Shown here piece by piece: positions 8,558-18,056 of a stretch of 64,000 nt of DNA. A program made the translations under genes and the position numbers. This stretch comes from an uncultured Bacilli bacterium (GTDB taxonomy: Bacteria > Bacillota_I > Bacilli_A > RF39 > UBA660). Location: NCBI GenBank assembly GCA_947624515.1, contig CANQKN010000001.1, positions 5,811 to 69,810 of the forward strand, in the 5' to 3' direction. The first letter of the stretch is position 1. Each line of letters begins with the position of its first letter. The notes below the pieces were generated by a model. It ran no database searches and had not been told where the DNA came from. It saw only the letters and a program-made list of their open reading frames with translations.

Positions 8558-9577
8558 CTAGTTTTTCATTTCTTCTAAACTAGTAATGGCATCTTGAAAG
8601 GTATCTACGCCAATGATTTTGATATCGTAATGATATTTTTCTTGTAATGAAACACATTCTTCGTAATTCTCACCATTAGGAACAAAAAAGATATCAGCGT
8701 TATTTTCTACAGCCCCTTTTAATTTATATTTTACACCACCAATTGATCCAACTTTTCCCTCTTGATCAATCGTTCCTGTTCCAGCTATTTGATAACCTTT
8801 TGTTATGTCTTGTGCTACTAATTTATCATATATAGCTAGACTTAACATTAATCCTCCACTTGGACCAGATTCACTATTTGAAAAATGGAAAGTAATTTTC
8901 GGATTTGTTTCATAATCAAAAACGGTTTGGATAGCAATTCCAATTTTTGGAATACCGTCTATCTTTTGAATTTTAGCATATTGATACTGCTCTTTTTCAT
9001 TTCGCAAAATTTTGATTTTAATCTGGGTTCCTATTTCTTTTGATTCTAAAATTTTGGTAATATCCTCTGTACTTGTAATTGGTGTTCCTTCTATCTCTAT
9101 TATTTCATCTCCGATTTTTAAATTGGTATTACTTTTATCATCTATATAAATCACATATGGATGAATTGCTTTTACATGATAGTCATTTTCAGCATAAGAA
9201 TAAGCTGTTAATATGGCACTTTGATTTGCATCTTGTAAATATATTTGATCTCTTATTAACATATCCTCTTTTGTTTCATTTTCTGCTAATGTTACTTCTT
9301 GTTTGGAAACTAAATCCCAACTTGGAAATAAATAAGATAATAAATAAGTAGGAATGGTTGCTTGAATTTCTGAAACATAACACATATAAAAATTACCTTT
9401 AGAATTTTTAGTGTTTTGAATTTCTATTTTATCATCAATATTTATGGTACCTCCTCCTGTATAGATATAGTAAGGAAGTGGAAATGTCATTGTTGTAATA
9501 AATACTAAATAAAAAAGCAACCATAAATAATTTTCTTTCATAAATTTTATTGTCTTTTCATATAACTTAGTAACCAT
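8558..9577 (-). CDS. ylbL: YlbL/SepM-type membrane-anchored PDZ plus Lon-like (S16) peptidase
   Basis: N-terminal TM, PDZ region (KIGDEIIEIEGTPI), and Lon C-terminal-like catalytic region SGPSGGLMLSLAIYDKL...GTGTIDQEGKVGSIGGVKYKLKGA. Confidence 0.65.
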   Translation of the reverse strand: MVTKLYEKTIKFMKENYLWLLFYLVFITTMTFPLPYYIYTGGGTINIDDKIEIQNTKNSKGNFYMCYVSEIQATIPTYLLSYLFPSWDLVSKQEVTLAENETKEDMLIRDQIYLQDANQSAILTAYSYAENDYHVKAIHPYVIYIDDKSNTNLKIGDEIIEIEGTPITSTEDITKILESKEIGTQIKIKILRNEKEQYQYAKIQKIDGIPKIGIAIQTVFDYETNPKITFHFSNSESGPSGGLMLSLAIYDKLVAQDITKGYQIAGTGTIDQEGKVGSIGGVKYKLKGAVENNADIFFVPNGENYEECVSLQEKYHYDIKIIGVDTFQDAITSLEEMKN

Positions 9578-9622
9578 GGAATCATTCCTTTTAGTAAATT
9601 ATAACATGAAAGAAAGTATTTT

Positions 9623-10576
9623 ATGAATAAAAAGATAACCAGTATTTTTATGATTTGTCTATTATTGACAATGATTTTTTATATGATAACTCTTTCTCAG
9701 GAAGTCATAGAAAGCGTTAGTTTTTCTATTTCCATTTGGAAGGATAATTTATTCCCTACTCTTTTTCCTTTTTTTGTGGTGTCTAATTTATTAATGAATT
9801 ATGGTTTTGTAGATATGATTGGTGTAATCTTAAAGTATCCTATGCAACGATATTTTCATTTACCTGGTGAATGTGGCTTTGTTTTAGCAGCTAGTTTATT
9901 TTCAGGATTTCCTAGTGGTGCTAAATATACGAATGATTTAATTACTAGAAATGTTATCACGACAGAACAAGGTGAACGATTATTAACATTTACGCATTAC
10001 TCTAATCCATTATTTATCTTAGGAATGATTGGAAGTGTTTTACTTCATCATCAAGCTATTTCCGTTCTTATCTTAATTGCTCATGTTTTGAGTGGTTTAT
10101 TGGTTGGATTTTTATTTAATAGAAAAAAAGAAGCTGGTAATTCTTCTCTTACTTTTTCTTCTCAAAAAGAAAAGGATCATAAAACTTTTGGTGAAGCTTT
10201 AACTTCTAGTATTTTAGATAGTTTACAAACTATGTTCCTGCTTTTGGGAATTGTAACAATATTTTTAATTTTTACTACTATTTTAAATCATTTATTTTCT
10301 TTACCACCTTTTTTACAGACATTGATTTCTGGATTATTAGAAATGACTCAAGGAGTAAAATTAGCTAGTAGTCTTCTATATCCGGAAGTTATTAAAGTTA
10401 TGTTAATTACTGGTATTATTTCTTTTGGTGGGTTAAGTGTACATATGCAAGTGTTAGGAATTCTTTCTGATCAAAAAATAAAATACAAATCATTTTTATT
10501 AGCTAGAGTTTTACATGCTCTTTTAGCTATTGTATTTGTATTTATTTTATATCTTTTTTATCAATCTTTATCTTAA
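9623..10576 (+). CDS. Polytopic membrane protein, YlbJ-like (sporulation integral membrane / nucleoside-recognition Gate-domain type)
   Basis: Eight or more predicted TM helices. Divergent from the ylbL-like gene, as in the Bacillus ylbJ-ylbL neighbourhood. Confidence 0.4.
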   Translation: MNKKITSIFMICLLLTMIFYMITLSQEVIESVSFSISIWKDNLFPTLFPFFVVSNLLMNYGFVDMIGVILKYPMQRYFHLPGECGFVLAASLFSGFPSGAKYTNDLITRNVITTEQGERLLTFTHYSNPLFILGMIGSVLLHHQAISVLILIAHVLSGLLVGFLFNRKKEAGNSSLTFSSQKEKDHKTFGEALTSSILDSLQTMFLLLGIVTIFLIFTTILNHLFSLPPFLQTLISGLLEMTQGVKLASSLLYPEVIKVMLITGIISFGGLSVHMQVLGILSDQKIKYKSFLLARVLHALLAIVFVFILYLFYQSLS

Positions 10577-11160
10577 ATTGCTTCTGTTGTTGCAACGATA
10601 TGAATGCCAAAATCTTGATCAAAATCAATGTGTGAAATAAAAACATCTATAGTATATATCTGTATAACAGTACCATCTTCTAATATAATAGAATCAGTAC
10701 TTAATAAGTTGTTATCTTCTACAGTAATTGATTGAAAGTCTAGGATATTTCTACCAACAGGAACTTTATCTGGTAATTCATCATGTAAAGCATATTTTTC
10801 ACCATCATAATATAGATATTTATTGCGAACACTATTTTCATCATTAGGATTTATTGCACTGGTTCCAAAGGCTTTTTCACTGCCATCTTGAAATACAATA
10901 TTAATACATCTTTTTAGTCCTTGAATCGTAGTGCATTCTCCATCTGTATTAATCTCTTTGATTCCTAACGTTAAGATATCGTCTTGAATATCTTTGGTTA
11001 AAGTATTTTTAAAAGTATCCATATCTAATTTACGTAAACTTAGACTTGCTTTGTTACGATAGTTCATTACAATATCAATTAATCCAATTGTGATCATCAT
11101 AATTAAAGTAAAAGTTAAAACAATTTCAATAATACTTATTCCTCTATTATTTAATTTCAT
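10573..11160 (-). CDS. Prepilin-type (type IV pilin-like) protein, 195 aa
   Basis: N-terminus MKLNNRG/ISIIEIVLTFTLIMMITIGLI is a class III signal: Gly at -1, Glu at +5, and a hydrophobic helix. Confidence 0.5.
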   Translation of the reverse strand: MKLNNRGISIIEIVLTFTLIMMITIGLIDIVMNYRNKASLSLRKLDMDTFKNTLTKDIQDDILTLGIKEINTDGECTTIQGLKRCINIVFQDGSEKAFGTSAINPNDENSVRNKYLYYDGEKYALHDELPDKVPVGRNILDFQSITVEDNNLLSTDSIILEDGTVIQIYTIDVFISHIDFDQDFGIHIVATTEAI

Positions 11161-11168
11161 CTTATCAC

Positions 11169-12341
11169 CTACTTTAATTTTTCTTTCAATACAGTAATTA
11201 CAGGTCTAATTCCAATTGATGTATTTTCTGTAATAGCTACTGGGATTAATTTATCTTTTTGAATACTCCAAGCCATGGTTTCATCTCCTACTACACTATT
11301 TGCTGTCCAATAGCCATTATTTCCTGTTAAATTACTAGAAAGCCATTCTAAGCGATTATCGAGTGGATAGGTAAATAAATCTCCTGGTCGGAAACATTCT
11401 TGATTTTTACTACAACCTAATAAAATATATAGGTCATTTTCATCTAATAATCTAGCATGATAACCAGAATAAGATATTGTATAACCATTTTTTGATACAA
11501 ATTGATCAGCAGTTGTTAGAACTGGTACATTTCCCCAACTATTTGTTTTTTGTTTTAAACTGTCTAAAACGGTATTTGGAATACTATTCGTACTAGCAGA
11601 ACGAAAAGCGGTGGTTCCTGTTAAATTATTAGCTAAAATTAAGGTTACTTTGTCTTCGGTAGTAGTACTATTTTTTAAAACATAAAAGTTTTTATTCCCA
11701 TCTCCTGGATCAAATGTCACCATATCCCCTGCATAATATTGTTGATAATTTCCCATAAAAATACCAATATTCGTATATTTTATGGAAGTAGATTGATCAC
11801 TATTTGTAACTGTTCTTGTCATAAATAAACGATATTTTCCATTTAGTGTTCGACTACTATCAGAAGGGTTGTAAAAAGAATCAATATTTGGTACAGTGTG
11901 AATATAACTTTTAAAATTACTTAATTTTCCAGAATCAAACCATTCGTTGGAATTTACTTCATCACGAAATCTACTAATATCATAATTGGATAAAAAGATA
12001 TAATCTTGGTCCAGTATATTAAGTGAATTTTTTATTTTTTTACAGTAATCTGCATTATTATAAATTTTGGTATCATTACAATTTGTGATATCAATATAGG
12101 AATGATTCTCTAAATAAGAATCAATGTAATCTAATTTTCCATATCTTAAAAGTGTTTGCTTAAAAATATTGCTAGCATAGACACTATCAATATCATCATA
12201 GGAGGTCATTGTTTCATATTCTCCTATAAATGGTACTATATTTTGATATACGAAAATAAATAAAGTGACTACAAATACAGCAACAATCAGTGTTTCTATT
12301 AAAACAAATCCCTTTTTATTCAATAATTTCATGAAATTCAC
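11169..12341 (-). CDS. Large prepilin-type N-terminal cleavage/methylation domain protein, 390 aa
   Basis: N-terminus MNFMKLLNKKG/FVLIETLIVAVFVVTLFIF is the canonical G-F-x-L-I-E prepilin motif. It is followed by a long Ser/Thr/Asn/Tyr-rich domain. Confidence 0.6.
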   Translation of the reverse strand: MNFMKLLNKKGFVLIETLIVAVFVVTLFIFVYQNIVPFIGEYETMTSYDDIDSVYASNIFKQTLLRYGKLDYIDSYLENHSYIDITNCNDTKIYNNADYCKKIKNSLNILDQDYIFLSNYDISRFRDEVNSNEWFDSGKLSNFKSYIHTVPNIDSFYNPSDSSRTLNGKYRLFMTRTVTNSDQSTSIKYTNIGIFMGNYQQYYAGDMVTFDPGDGNKNFYVLKNSTTTEDKVTLILANNLTGTTAFRSASTNSIPNTVLDSLKQKTNSWGNVPVLTTADQFVSKNGYTISYSGYHARLLDENDLYILLGCSKNQECFRPGDLFTYPLDNRLEWLSSNLTGNNGYWTANSVVGDETMAWSIQKDKLIPVAITENTSIGIRPVITVLKEKLK

Positions 12342-12427
12342 TTTCCTTTATTGATTCTATTCTAAAAATATTATATAATAAATTTATATAAATTACCATA
12401 GAAAAGAATAAAGTTGAGGGAAAAAAT

Positions 12428-13651
12428 ATGATAGAATACGATGTTGAAAAAACACCAATAGTTGATTTGGTAAATAAAATTATTATTACAGGAGTAAAAT
12501 CGAGAGCTTCTGATATTCATTTTGATCCAACAGAAGATGGATTAAAAATTAGAATGCGAATTGATGGTGATTTAAGAGATCATGCACTCATTCCGAAAGC
12601 TACGGAAAGAAATTTAATTACTAGAGTTAAATTGATTTCAGGAATGAATATTACAGAAAATCGTCTTCCTCAAGATGGTGCTATCAAGGGAAAAATTGAT
12701 AATGTCGACTTGGATATGCGTGTTTCTGTTTTACCTACTAATGAAGGAGAAAAAGCTGTAATTCGTATTTTAGATTATAGTATGAGTTTAGAAGGATTAA
12801 AAAGTTTAGACTTTTCTCCTGAAAATTATCAAAAAATTGAAAGAATGCTATCTGTCCCTAATGGAATTATCTTAGTAACTGGTGCAACTGGTAGTGGTAA
12901 ATCTACTACTACTTACTCTATGTTACAGGAATTAAATAAAGAAGAAACCAATATTATTACCGTTGAGGATCCTATTGAAATGAATATTGAAGGAATTAAT
13001 CAGGTACAAGTAAATGCTGATATCGGTCTTACTTTTGCAAATGTCCTTCGTTCTATTTTAAGACAAGACCCAAATATTATTTTAATTGGAGAGATTCGTG
13101 ATTCTGAAACTGCTCAAATTGCTGTTCGTGCTTCTATTACTGGACATTTAGTTCTATCTACCATTCATACTAATAATTCCTTAAGTACTATTGAAAGATT
13201 ATTAGATATGGATGTAGAACGTTATTTGTTATCCAGTGCTTTAGAAGGAATTGTATCTCAAAAATTAGCTCGTAGACTTTGCACTCATTGTAGAAAATTA
13301 AGACCTACTACTCCTTTTGAAAAACAGGTATTTAAAAATGTTTTAAATAAAGATGTTGTTGAAATATGGGATACTGATAAATGTGAACATTGTGCTAATG
13401 GATATCATGGAAGAATTGCTATTCAAGAAGTATTACTAATTGATGAAGAGTTACGTGATCAATTAAGCAATGAGCATTTAAGAAAAGAGGATTTAAGACA
13501 GATGGTTTATGGTGAAAATCATACTATTACTCTTTTACAAGATGGTTTAGATAAAGTATTAAAAGGTTATACTACTTTTGAAGAAATTTATAAATTAGTA
13601 GAAATCGAAGATGATTTAGATACCAAGATATCAGAGATGAATCGAAAATAA
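12428..13651 (+). CDS. Type II secretion / type IV pilus assembly ATPase of the short GspE/PilB family, ComGA-like
   Basis: Walker A GATGSGKSTT, Asp box, Walker B ILIGEIRD, His box, and a C-terminal tetracysteine motif (CTHCRK...CEHCANGYHGR). It lacks the long N-terminal N1 domain. Confidence 0.8.
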   Translation: MIEYDVEKTPIVDLVNKIIITGVKSRASDIHFDPTEDGLKIRMRIDGDLRDHALIPKATERNLITRVKLISGMNITENRLPQDGAIKGKIDNVDLDMRVSVLPTNEGEKAVIRILDYSMSLEGLKSLDFSPENYQKIERMLSVPNGIILVTGATGSGKSTTTYSMLQELNKEETNIITVEDPIEMNIEGINQVQVNADIGLTFANVLRSILRQDPNIILIGEIRDSETAQIAVRASITGHLVLSTIHTNNSLSTIERLLDMDVERYLLSSALEGIVSQKLARRLCTHCRKLRPTTPFEKQVFKNVLNKDVVEIWDTDKCEHCANGYHGRIAIQEVLLIDEELRDQLSNEHLRKEDLRQMVYGENHTITLLQDGLDKVLKGYTTFEEIYKLVEIEDDLDTKISEMNRK

Positions 13652-13652
13652 A

Positions 13653-13682
13653 AGAAGCATTTAAACTGCTTCTTTTTATTTG
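13653..13682. terminator. Bidirectional terminator between the convergent comGA-like and tmk genes
   Basis: Hairpin aagaagca-tttaaac-tgcttctt. T-tract on the plus strand and A-tract on the other side. Confidence 0.5.
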
Positions 13683-14350
13683 TTATTTAAAATAATTTCT
13701 AAAATTTCTTGATTGATTGCTTCTATGGAACGAAGCTGATCCCCTTCAACACAATTGATCACATGCCAATTGTATAAACTAGCAAGTTCTATATAAGTCT
13801 TTTCAGTAGAAATTAGATAATGTTCGTTTTTTTCATTCCCATCTAAATTTTCTCTATTTTTTAATAGTTCTTTTACAACGGTGATGGGAACATGAAGGAA
13901 AATGGTTAAATCTGGTTTAGGTAGTTCTAATAGCCAGTATTCTAACTTATCGATCCATTTAAATAATTGAAATCTTTCTTCTGGATCTTCTATTTTTGCT
14001 CCTTGATGAGCCATATTGGAACTCACATAGCGATCTAAAATTACATCGTATCCTTGATCTAAATAGTTTTTTATTTTTGGATAATTATATTTACGATCTG
14101 CTGCTAAGTATAAACAGAATATTTTTGGATCAAGATTGACTGGACCTTCGTCAAAAAAACAAGGTCCATTTTCTTTTCTGCCTAAAATAGGACCTCCTAC
14201 TATTTTTCCTGTAGGTGTATCATACATAGGAAAAGACAAGCAAATAACTTTTCTACCCATAGCCTTTAATTTTTTTTCTAATAATTCACTTTGTGTTTGT
14301 TTTCCAGAACAATCTGTTCCTTCTATTACAAGCAATCGTCCTCTATTCAT
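13676..14350 (-). CDS. tmk: Thymidylate (dTMP) kinase
   Basis: P-loop LVIEGTDCSGKQTQ and DRYVSSNMAHQG (the DRY...AYQG motif). 224 aa. Confidence 0.65.
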   Translation of the reverse strand: MNRGRLLVIEGTDCSGKQTQSELLEKKLKAMGRKVICLSFPMYDTPTGKIVGGPILGRKENGPCFFDEGPVNLDPKIFCLYLAADRKYNYPKIKNYLDQGYDVILDRYVSSNMAHQGAKIEDPEERFQLFKWIDKLEYWLLELPKPDLTIFLHVPITVVKELLKNRENLDGNEKNEHYLISTEKTYIELASLYNWHVINCVEGDQLRSIEAINQEILEIILNNK

Positions 14351-14358
14351 ATTATCAC

Positions 14359-14955
14359 CTATTCTATTATTTCATTATCCAAAAATTTAATATCTAAAAA
14401 TTTTTTACTTGCTAGATAATCACACATATGGACAAAGTTTTGATACTTATTATGAGGAATCGGAAGAATTTCTTCTTTTGTATAGGGATGTGTATTCCAT
14501 GGACCCATATGTGTTTCAATTACACTACAAATAAAATTGATGTCTTCCTCTTTCATTTTGAGTTGGTCTTTATTTTCTTGAATTAATTTACTTATTAATA
14601 ATGGATGATCTGCTCTTGTATAAGTTTCTTTTGGTATCCCACATTTTACACCATCGTGCATTGTTAAAGCAATAATCATTAAATCTTTTTCGTGATCTGT
14701 ATATTTATTTCCAAAACAAGGATTCATTAACAGTTCATAAGCAATTCTAACAGCAGCCTTTGTATGTCTAAGTAAACCACCCTCTCCTAAAGAAAAACTA
14801 GGATGATATTTACCAGTAGTGGATGCTGCTATTTGAAAAAAATAATCTGGTAATAAATTAATTAAAGTCTTATAATCCTCTAAAAGTTCCTTATCTTTAA
14901 TATAATTACATTCTTTTTGAAAATAATCTGTTTTATTCTTGATTTCAATATCCAT
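14359..14955 (-). CDS. HD-domain phosphohydrolase
   Basis: HD motif context (TGKYHPSFSLGEGGLLRHTKAAV...LTMHDGVK). The probable start is the internal Met (MDIEIKNK). Confidence 0.55.
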   Translation of the reverse strand: MDIEIKNKTDYFQKECNYIKDKELLEDYKTLINLLPDYFFQIAASTTGKYHPSFSLGEGGLLRHTKAAVRIAYELLMNPCFGNKYTDHEKDLMIIALTMHDGVKCGIPKETYTRADHPLLISKLIQENKDQLKMKEEDINFICSVIETHMGPWNTHPYTKEEILPIPHNKYQNFVHMCDYLASKKFLDIKFLDNEIIE

Positions 14956-15017
14956 ACTCTCACCTCTTATTATTTTCAATTTAATTATACAATATGAACA
15001 ATTGTTTGACAACAAAA

Positions 15018-16106
15018 TTAAACAAATTTTACTAAGATTTCATTTAAAATATACCAGTATTTAGGATTTATATAATAATTGGTTTTTGTTTCTAATAAAA
15101 TATTCTTTGCTACTAAATCCTGTACTTGAAAGTATTTAACGAAGTCATTTTGATAATACTTTTCAAATTGTTTTTTAGAAATCCCTTCTAGAGTACGTAG
15201 TCCTAATATGGCATGATAAATGGCAGCACTATGATGATCGATTATTTCTTGTTCATAGATATAATTTTTTTGAAGGTATTGATGAATATTTTTGGTATTT
15301 GTATATCGAATATTATTTATATATCCACTAGCACTTAATCCAAATCCATAGTATTCTTGATTTCTCCAATAGGTCAAATTATGTTTGGATTCATATCCTG
15401 GAATAGCAAAATTACTAATTTCATAATGCTGATATCCATGTTTTTTTAATGCTTCACATATTATCTGGTACATTTTACTATCAAGTTCTTCTGAAATTGG
15501 TTCTATTTTTTGGATTGCTAATTTGGTATTTTTTTCTATCATTAATGAATAAGTGGAAATGTGATTAATGTTTAAAGATAAGAAAAGTTCTAAATCTTCT
15601 TTTAACTCTATGATTGTTTCTTTTGGAATTGCATATATCAGATCAATATTAATATTGGAAAAGTACTGTTTCGCTAAATTTATTTTTTCAATAATCATAT
15701 CTTTGGTATAGTTTCTTTCTAGAAAAGATAAAATTTTACTTTGAAAAGATTGAACTCCAATACTTAAACGATTAATGCCATATTTTTGAAATAGTTCTAG
15801 TTTTTCTTTCGTAATATCAGTAACATTACATTCAATGGTATATTCTAATTGAGAACTTATCTTTAATTTTTTAATACCCTCTAATAATTTCTGTAATTGA
15901 TTTATAGATAATGCAGAAGGAGTTCCTCCACCAATATAGATAGTATCTAATCTATCATTTTGATATCTATCTTTTATTTCTTCTAATAATGCATCTAGAT
16001 AGGAATTTACTAAAGTATCATGATAATAGAATTTGCAGAAATCACAGTAACTACAGATATTTTTACAGAAAGGAATATGAATATAACAGCTTTTTATTTT
16101 ATTCAT
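15018..16106 (-). CDS. hemW: Radical SAM heme chaperone HemW (oxygen-independent coproporphyrinogen oxidase-like)
   Basis: CxxxCxxC radical SAM motif (IPFCKNICSYCDF) and an HemN C-terminal-like domain. Conserved lepA-hemW adjacency. Confidence 0.8.
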   Translation of the reverse strand: MNKIKSCYIHIPFCKNICSYCDFCKFYYHDTLVNSYLDALLEEIKDRYQNDRLDTIYIGGGTPSALSINQLQKLLEGIKKLKISSQLEYTIECNVTDITKEKLELFQKYGINRLSIGVQSFQSKILSFLERNYTKDMIIEKINLAKQYFSNINIDLIYAIPKETIIELKEDLELFLSLNINHISTYSLMIEKNTKLAIQKIEPISEELDSKMYQIICEALKKHGYQHYEISNFAIPGYESKHNLTYWRNQEYYGFGLSASGYINNIRYTNTKNIHQYLQKNYIYEQEIIDHHSAAIYHAILGLRTLEGISKKQFEKYYQNDFVKYFQVQDLVAKNILLETKTNYYINPKYWYILNEILVKFV

Positions 16107-16116
16107 TGAATTTCTC

Positions 16117-17913
16117 TTAATCTTCCATTTTTAATACAGCTAAAAAGGCTTCTTGTGGTACTTCTACTCTTCCAATCTGTTTCATACGCTTTTTACCTTC
16201 TTTTTGTTTTTCTAATAATTTCTTTTTTCGAGTAACATCTCCACCATAGCATTTAGCTAGTACATTTTTCCGTAAAGCTTTAATATCTGTACGAGCAATG
16301 ACATGATTGCCAATTGATGCTTGAATAGGTACTTCAAACATTTGCCTTGGAATTAATTCTTTTAAAGCTTCTACAACTGCTTTTCCTCTTATATAAGCAA
16401 AATCTTTATGTACGATGACACTAAGAGCATCTACAATTTCTCCATTTAATAAAATATCCATTTTTACTAAATTACTTTCTTTATAACCAATGAATTCATA
16501 ATCAAACGAAGCATATCCTTTTGTAAAAGATTTTAATTTATCAAAGAAATCATAAACAATCTCGGAAAGAGGAATTTCGTAATGAATATTTACTCTTGTT
16601 TTATCTAGATAATCCATACTAATATAAATACCTCTTTTATTTTGACAAAGTTCCATAATAGGTCCAATATATTCACTTGGAGTAAAAATATTGGTTTTAA
16701 TATATGGCTCTTTAATTGATAAAATCTTTTGCTTATCAGGTAATTCACTTGGAGAATCAATCATTTTCGTAGTATGGTCTGTTAATTCAACCTCATATAT
16801 TACACTAGGTGAAGTGGCAATAATTTCAATTCCAAATTCTCTTTCAATTCTTTCTTCTATAATTTCCATATGCAATAATCCTAAAAAACCGCATCGGAAA
16901 CCGAATCCTAATGCTTGAGAAGTTTCTGGTTCAAATACTAATGAAGCATCATTTAATTTTAATTTTTCTAAGGCTTCTCTTAGATCTTCAAATTTGTTTG
17001 ATTCAATTGGATAAATTCCACAGAATACCATTGATTTCATTGGTTGATAACCTGGTAAAGGTTCTGCTGCAGGAAAAAGATGGTTGGTAACAGTATCCCC
17101 TACTTTAATTTGTGTAATATCTTTGATACTTGCAGCAATAAATCCAACATCACCAGCTTCTAATTTTTCTTTTTTTAATTCTTTTGGTGTCATAACGCCT
17201 AATTCTGTAACATCATAAGTTGCTCCTGTTTCCATTAAACGAATAGTATCCCCTTTTTTTAAGGTTCCCTCTTTCACCCTACAAGAGATAATAACTCCAC
17301 GATAAGAATCAAAAAAACTATCAAAAATTAGTGCTTGCAATGGTTTTTCTTTTGACCCCATTGGAGCAGGAATTCTTTCTATAATGGCACTTAATAATTC
17401 TTGAATTCCTTGGCCAGTTTTAGCACTAGTAAAAATAAATTCTTCTTCATAAAATCCGATATTATCGATTAATTCTCGTTTTACTTTTTCTGGATTTGCA
17501 TTTGGTAAATCTATTTTATTAATGACAGGAATTATCGTTAAATCGTGTTCTAAAGCTAAATAAAGATTTGCTAAAGTTTGTGCTTCAATTCCTTGAGCTG
17601 CATCTACTACCAGAAGAGCACCTTCACAAGCGGCTAAACTACGACTAACTTCGTAAGAAAAATCTACATGTCCAGGGGTATCAATTAAATGTAGAATATA
17701 ATTTTCATTATGATAATGATAATTTAGTTCTACAGCATTTAATTTGATAGTAATACCACGTTCTCTTTCAATATCCATGGAATCTAAAGTTTGTTCTTTT
17801 AATTCTCTTTTTTCTAAAGCACCTGTTTCTTCTAATAATCTATCTGCCAAAGTGCTTTTTCCATGATCAATATGGGCAATAATACAAAAATTACGAATAT
17901 TTTCCTGTTTCAT
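16117..17913 (-). CDS. lepA: Translation elongation factor 4 (LepA)
   Basis: 598 aa. G-domain motifs ([21 protein letters not shown]) and the LepA-specific C-terminal domain. Confidence 0.95.
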   Translation of the reverse strand: MKQENIRNFCIIAHIDHGKSTLADRLLEETGALEKRELKEQTLDSMDIERERGITIKLNAVELNYHYHNENYILHLIDTPGHVDFSYEVSRSLAACEGALLVVDAAQGIEAQTLANLYLALEHDLTIIPVINKIDLPNANPEKVKRELIDNIGFYEEEFIFTSAKTGQGIQELLSAIIERIPAPMGSKEKPLQALIFDSFFDSYRGVIISCRVKEGTLKKGDTIRLMETGATYDVTELGVMTPKELKKEKLEAGDVGFIAASIKDITQIKVGDTVTNHLFPAAEPLPGYQPMKSMVFCGIYPIESNKFEDLREALEKLKLNDASLVFEPETSQALGFGFRCGFLGLLHMEIIEERIEREFGIEIIATSPSVIYEVELTDHTTKMIDSPSELPDKQKILSIKEPYIKTNIFTPSEYIGPIMELCQNKRGIYISMDYLDKTRVNIHYEIPLSEIVYDFFDKLKSFTKGYASFDYEFIGYKESNLVKMDILLNGEIVDALSVIVHKDFAYIRGKAVVEALKELIPRQMFEVPIQASIGNHVIARTDIKALRKNVLAKCYGGDVTRKKKLLEKQKEGKKRMKQIGRVEVPQEAFLAVLKMED

Positions 17914-18015
17914 TTTATCACAGCCTTCTTCTTTATTATAACAAAAAATATTATAAAGGGAAATATAAAACTCTGGTTAATTACCAAAGTCCGTTTAACA
18001 TATTTTTATCTATTA

Positions 18016-18046
18016 AAAAATGTTTCTAGAATTTAGAAACATTTTT
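18016..18046 (-). terminator. Rho-independent terminator downstream of the DUF285 surface protein gene
   Basis: 13-bp perfect stem aaaaatgtttcta/tagaaacattttt with a 5-nt loop. T-run on the minus strand. Confidence 0.5.
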
Positions 18047-18056
18047 ATTAGTAATT

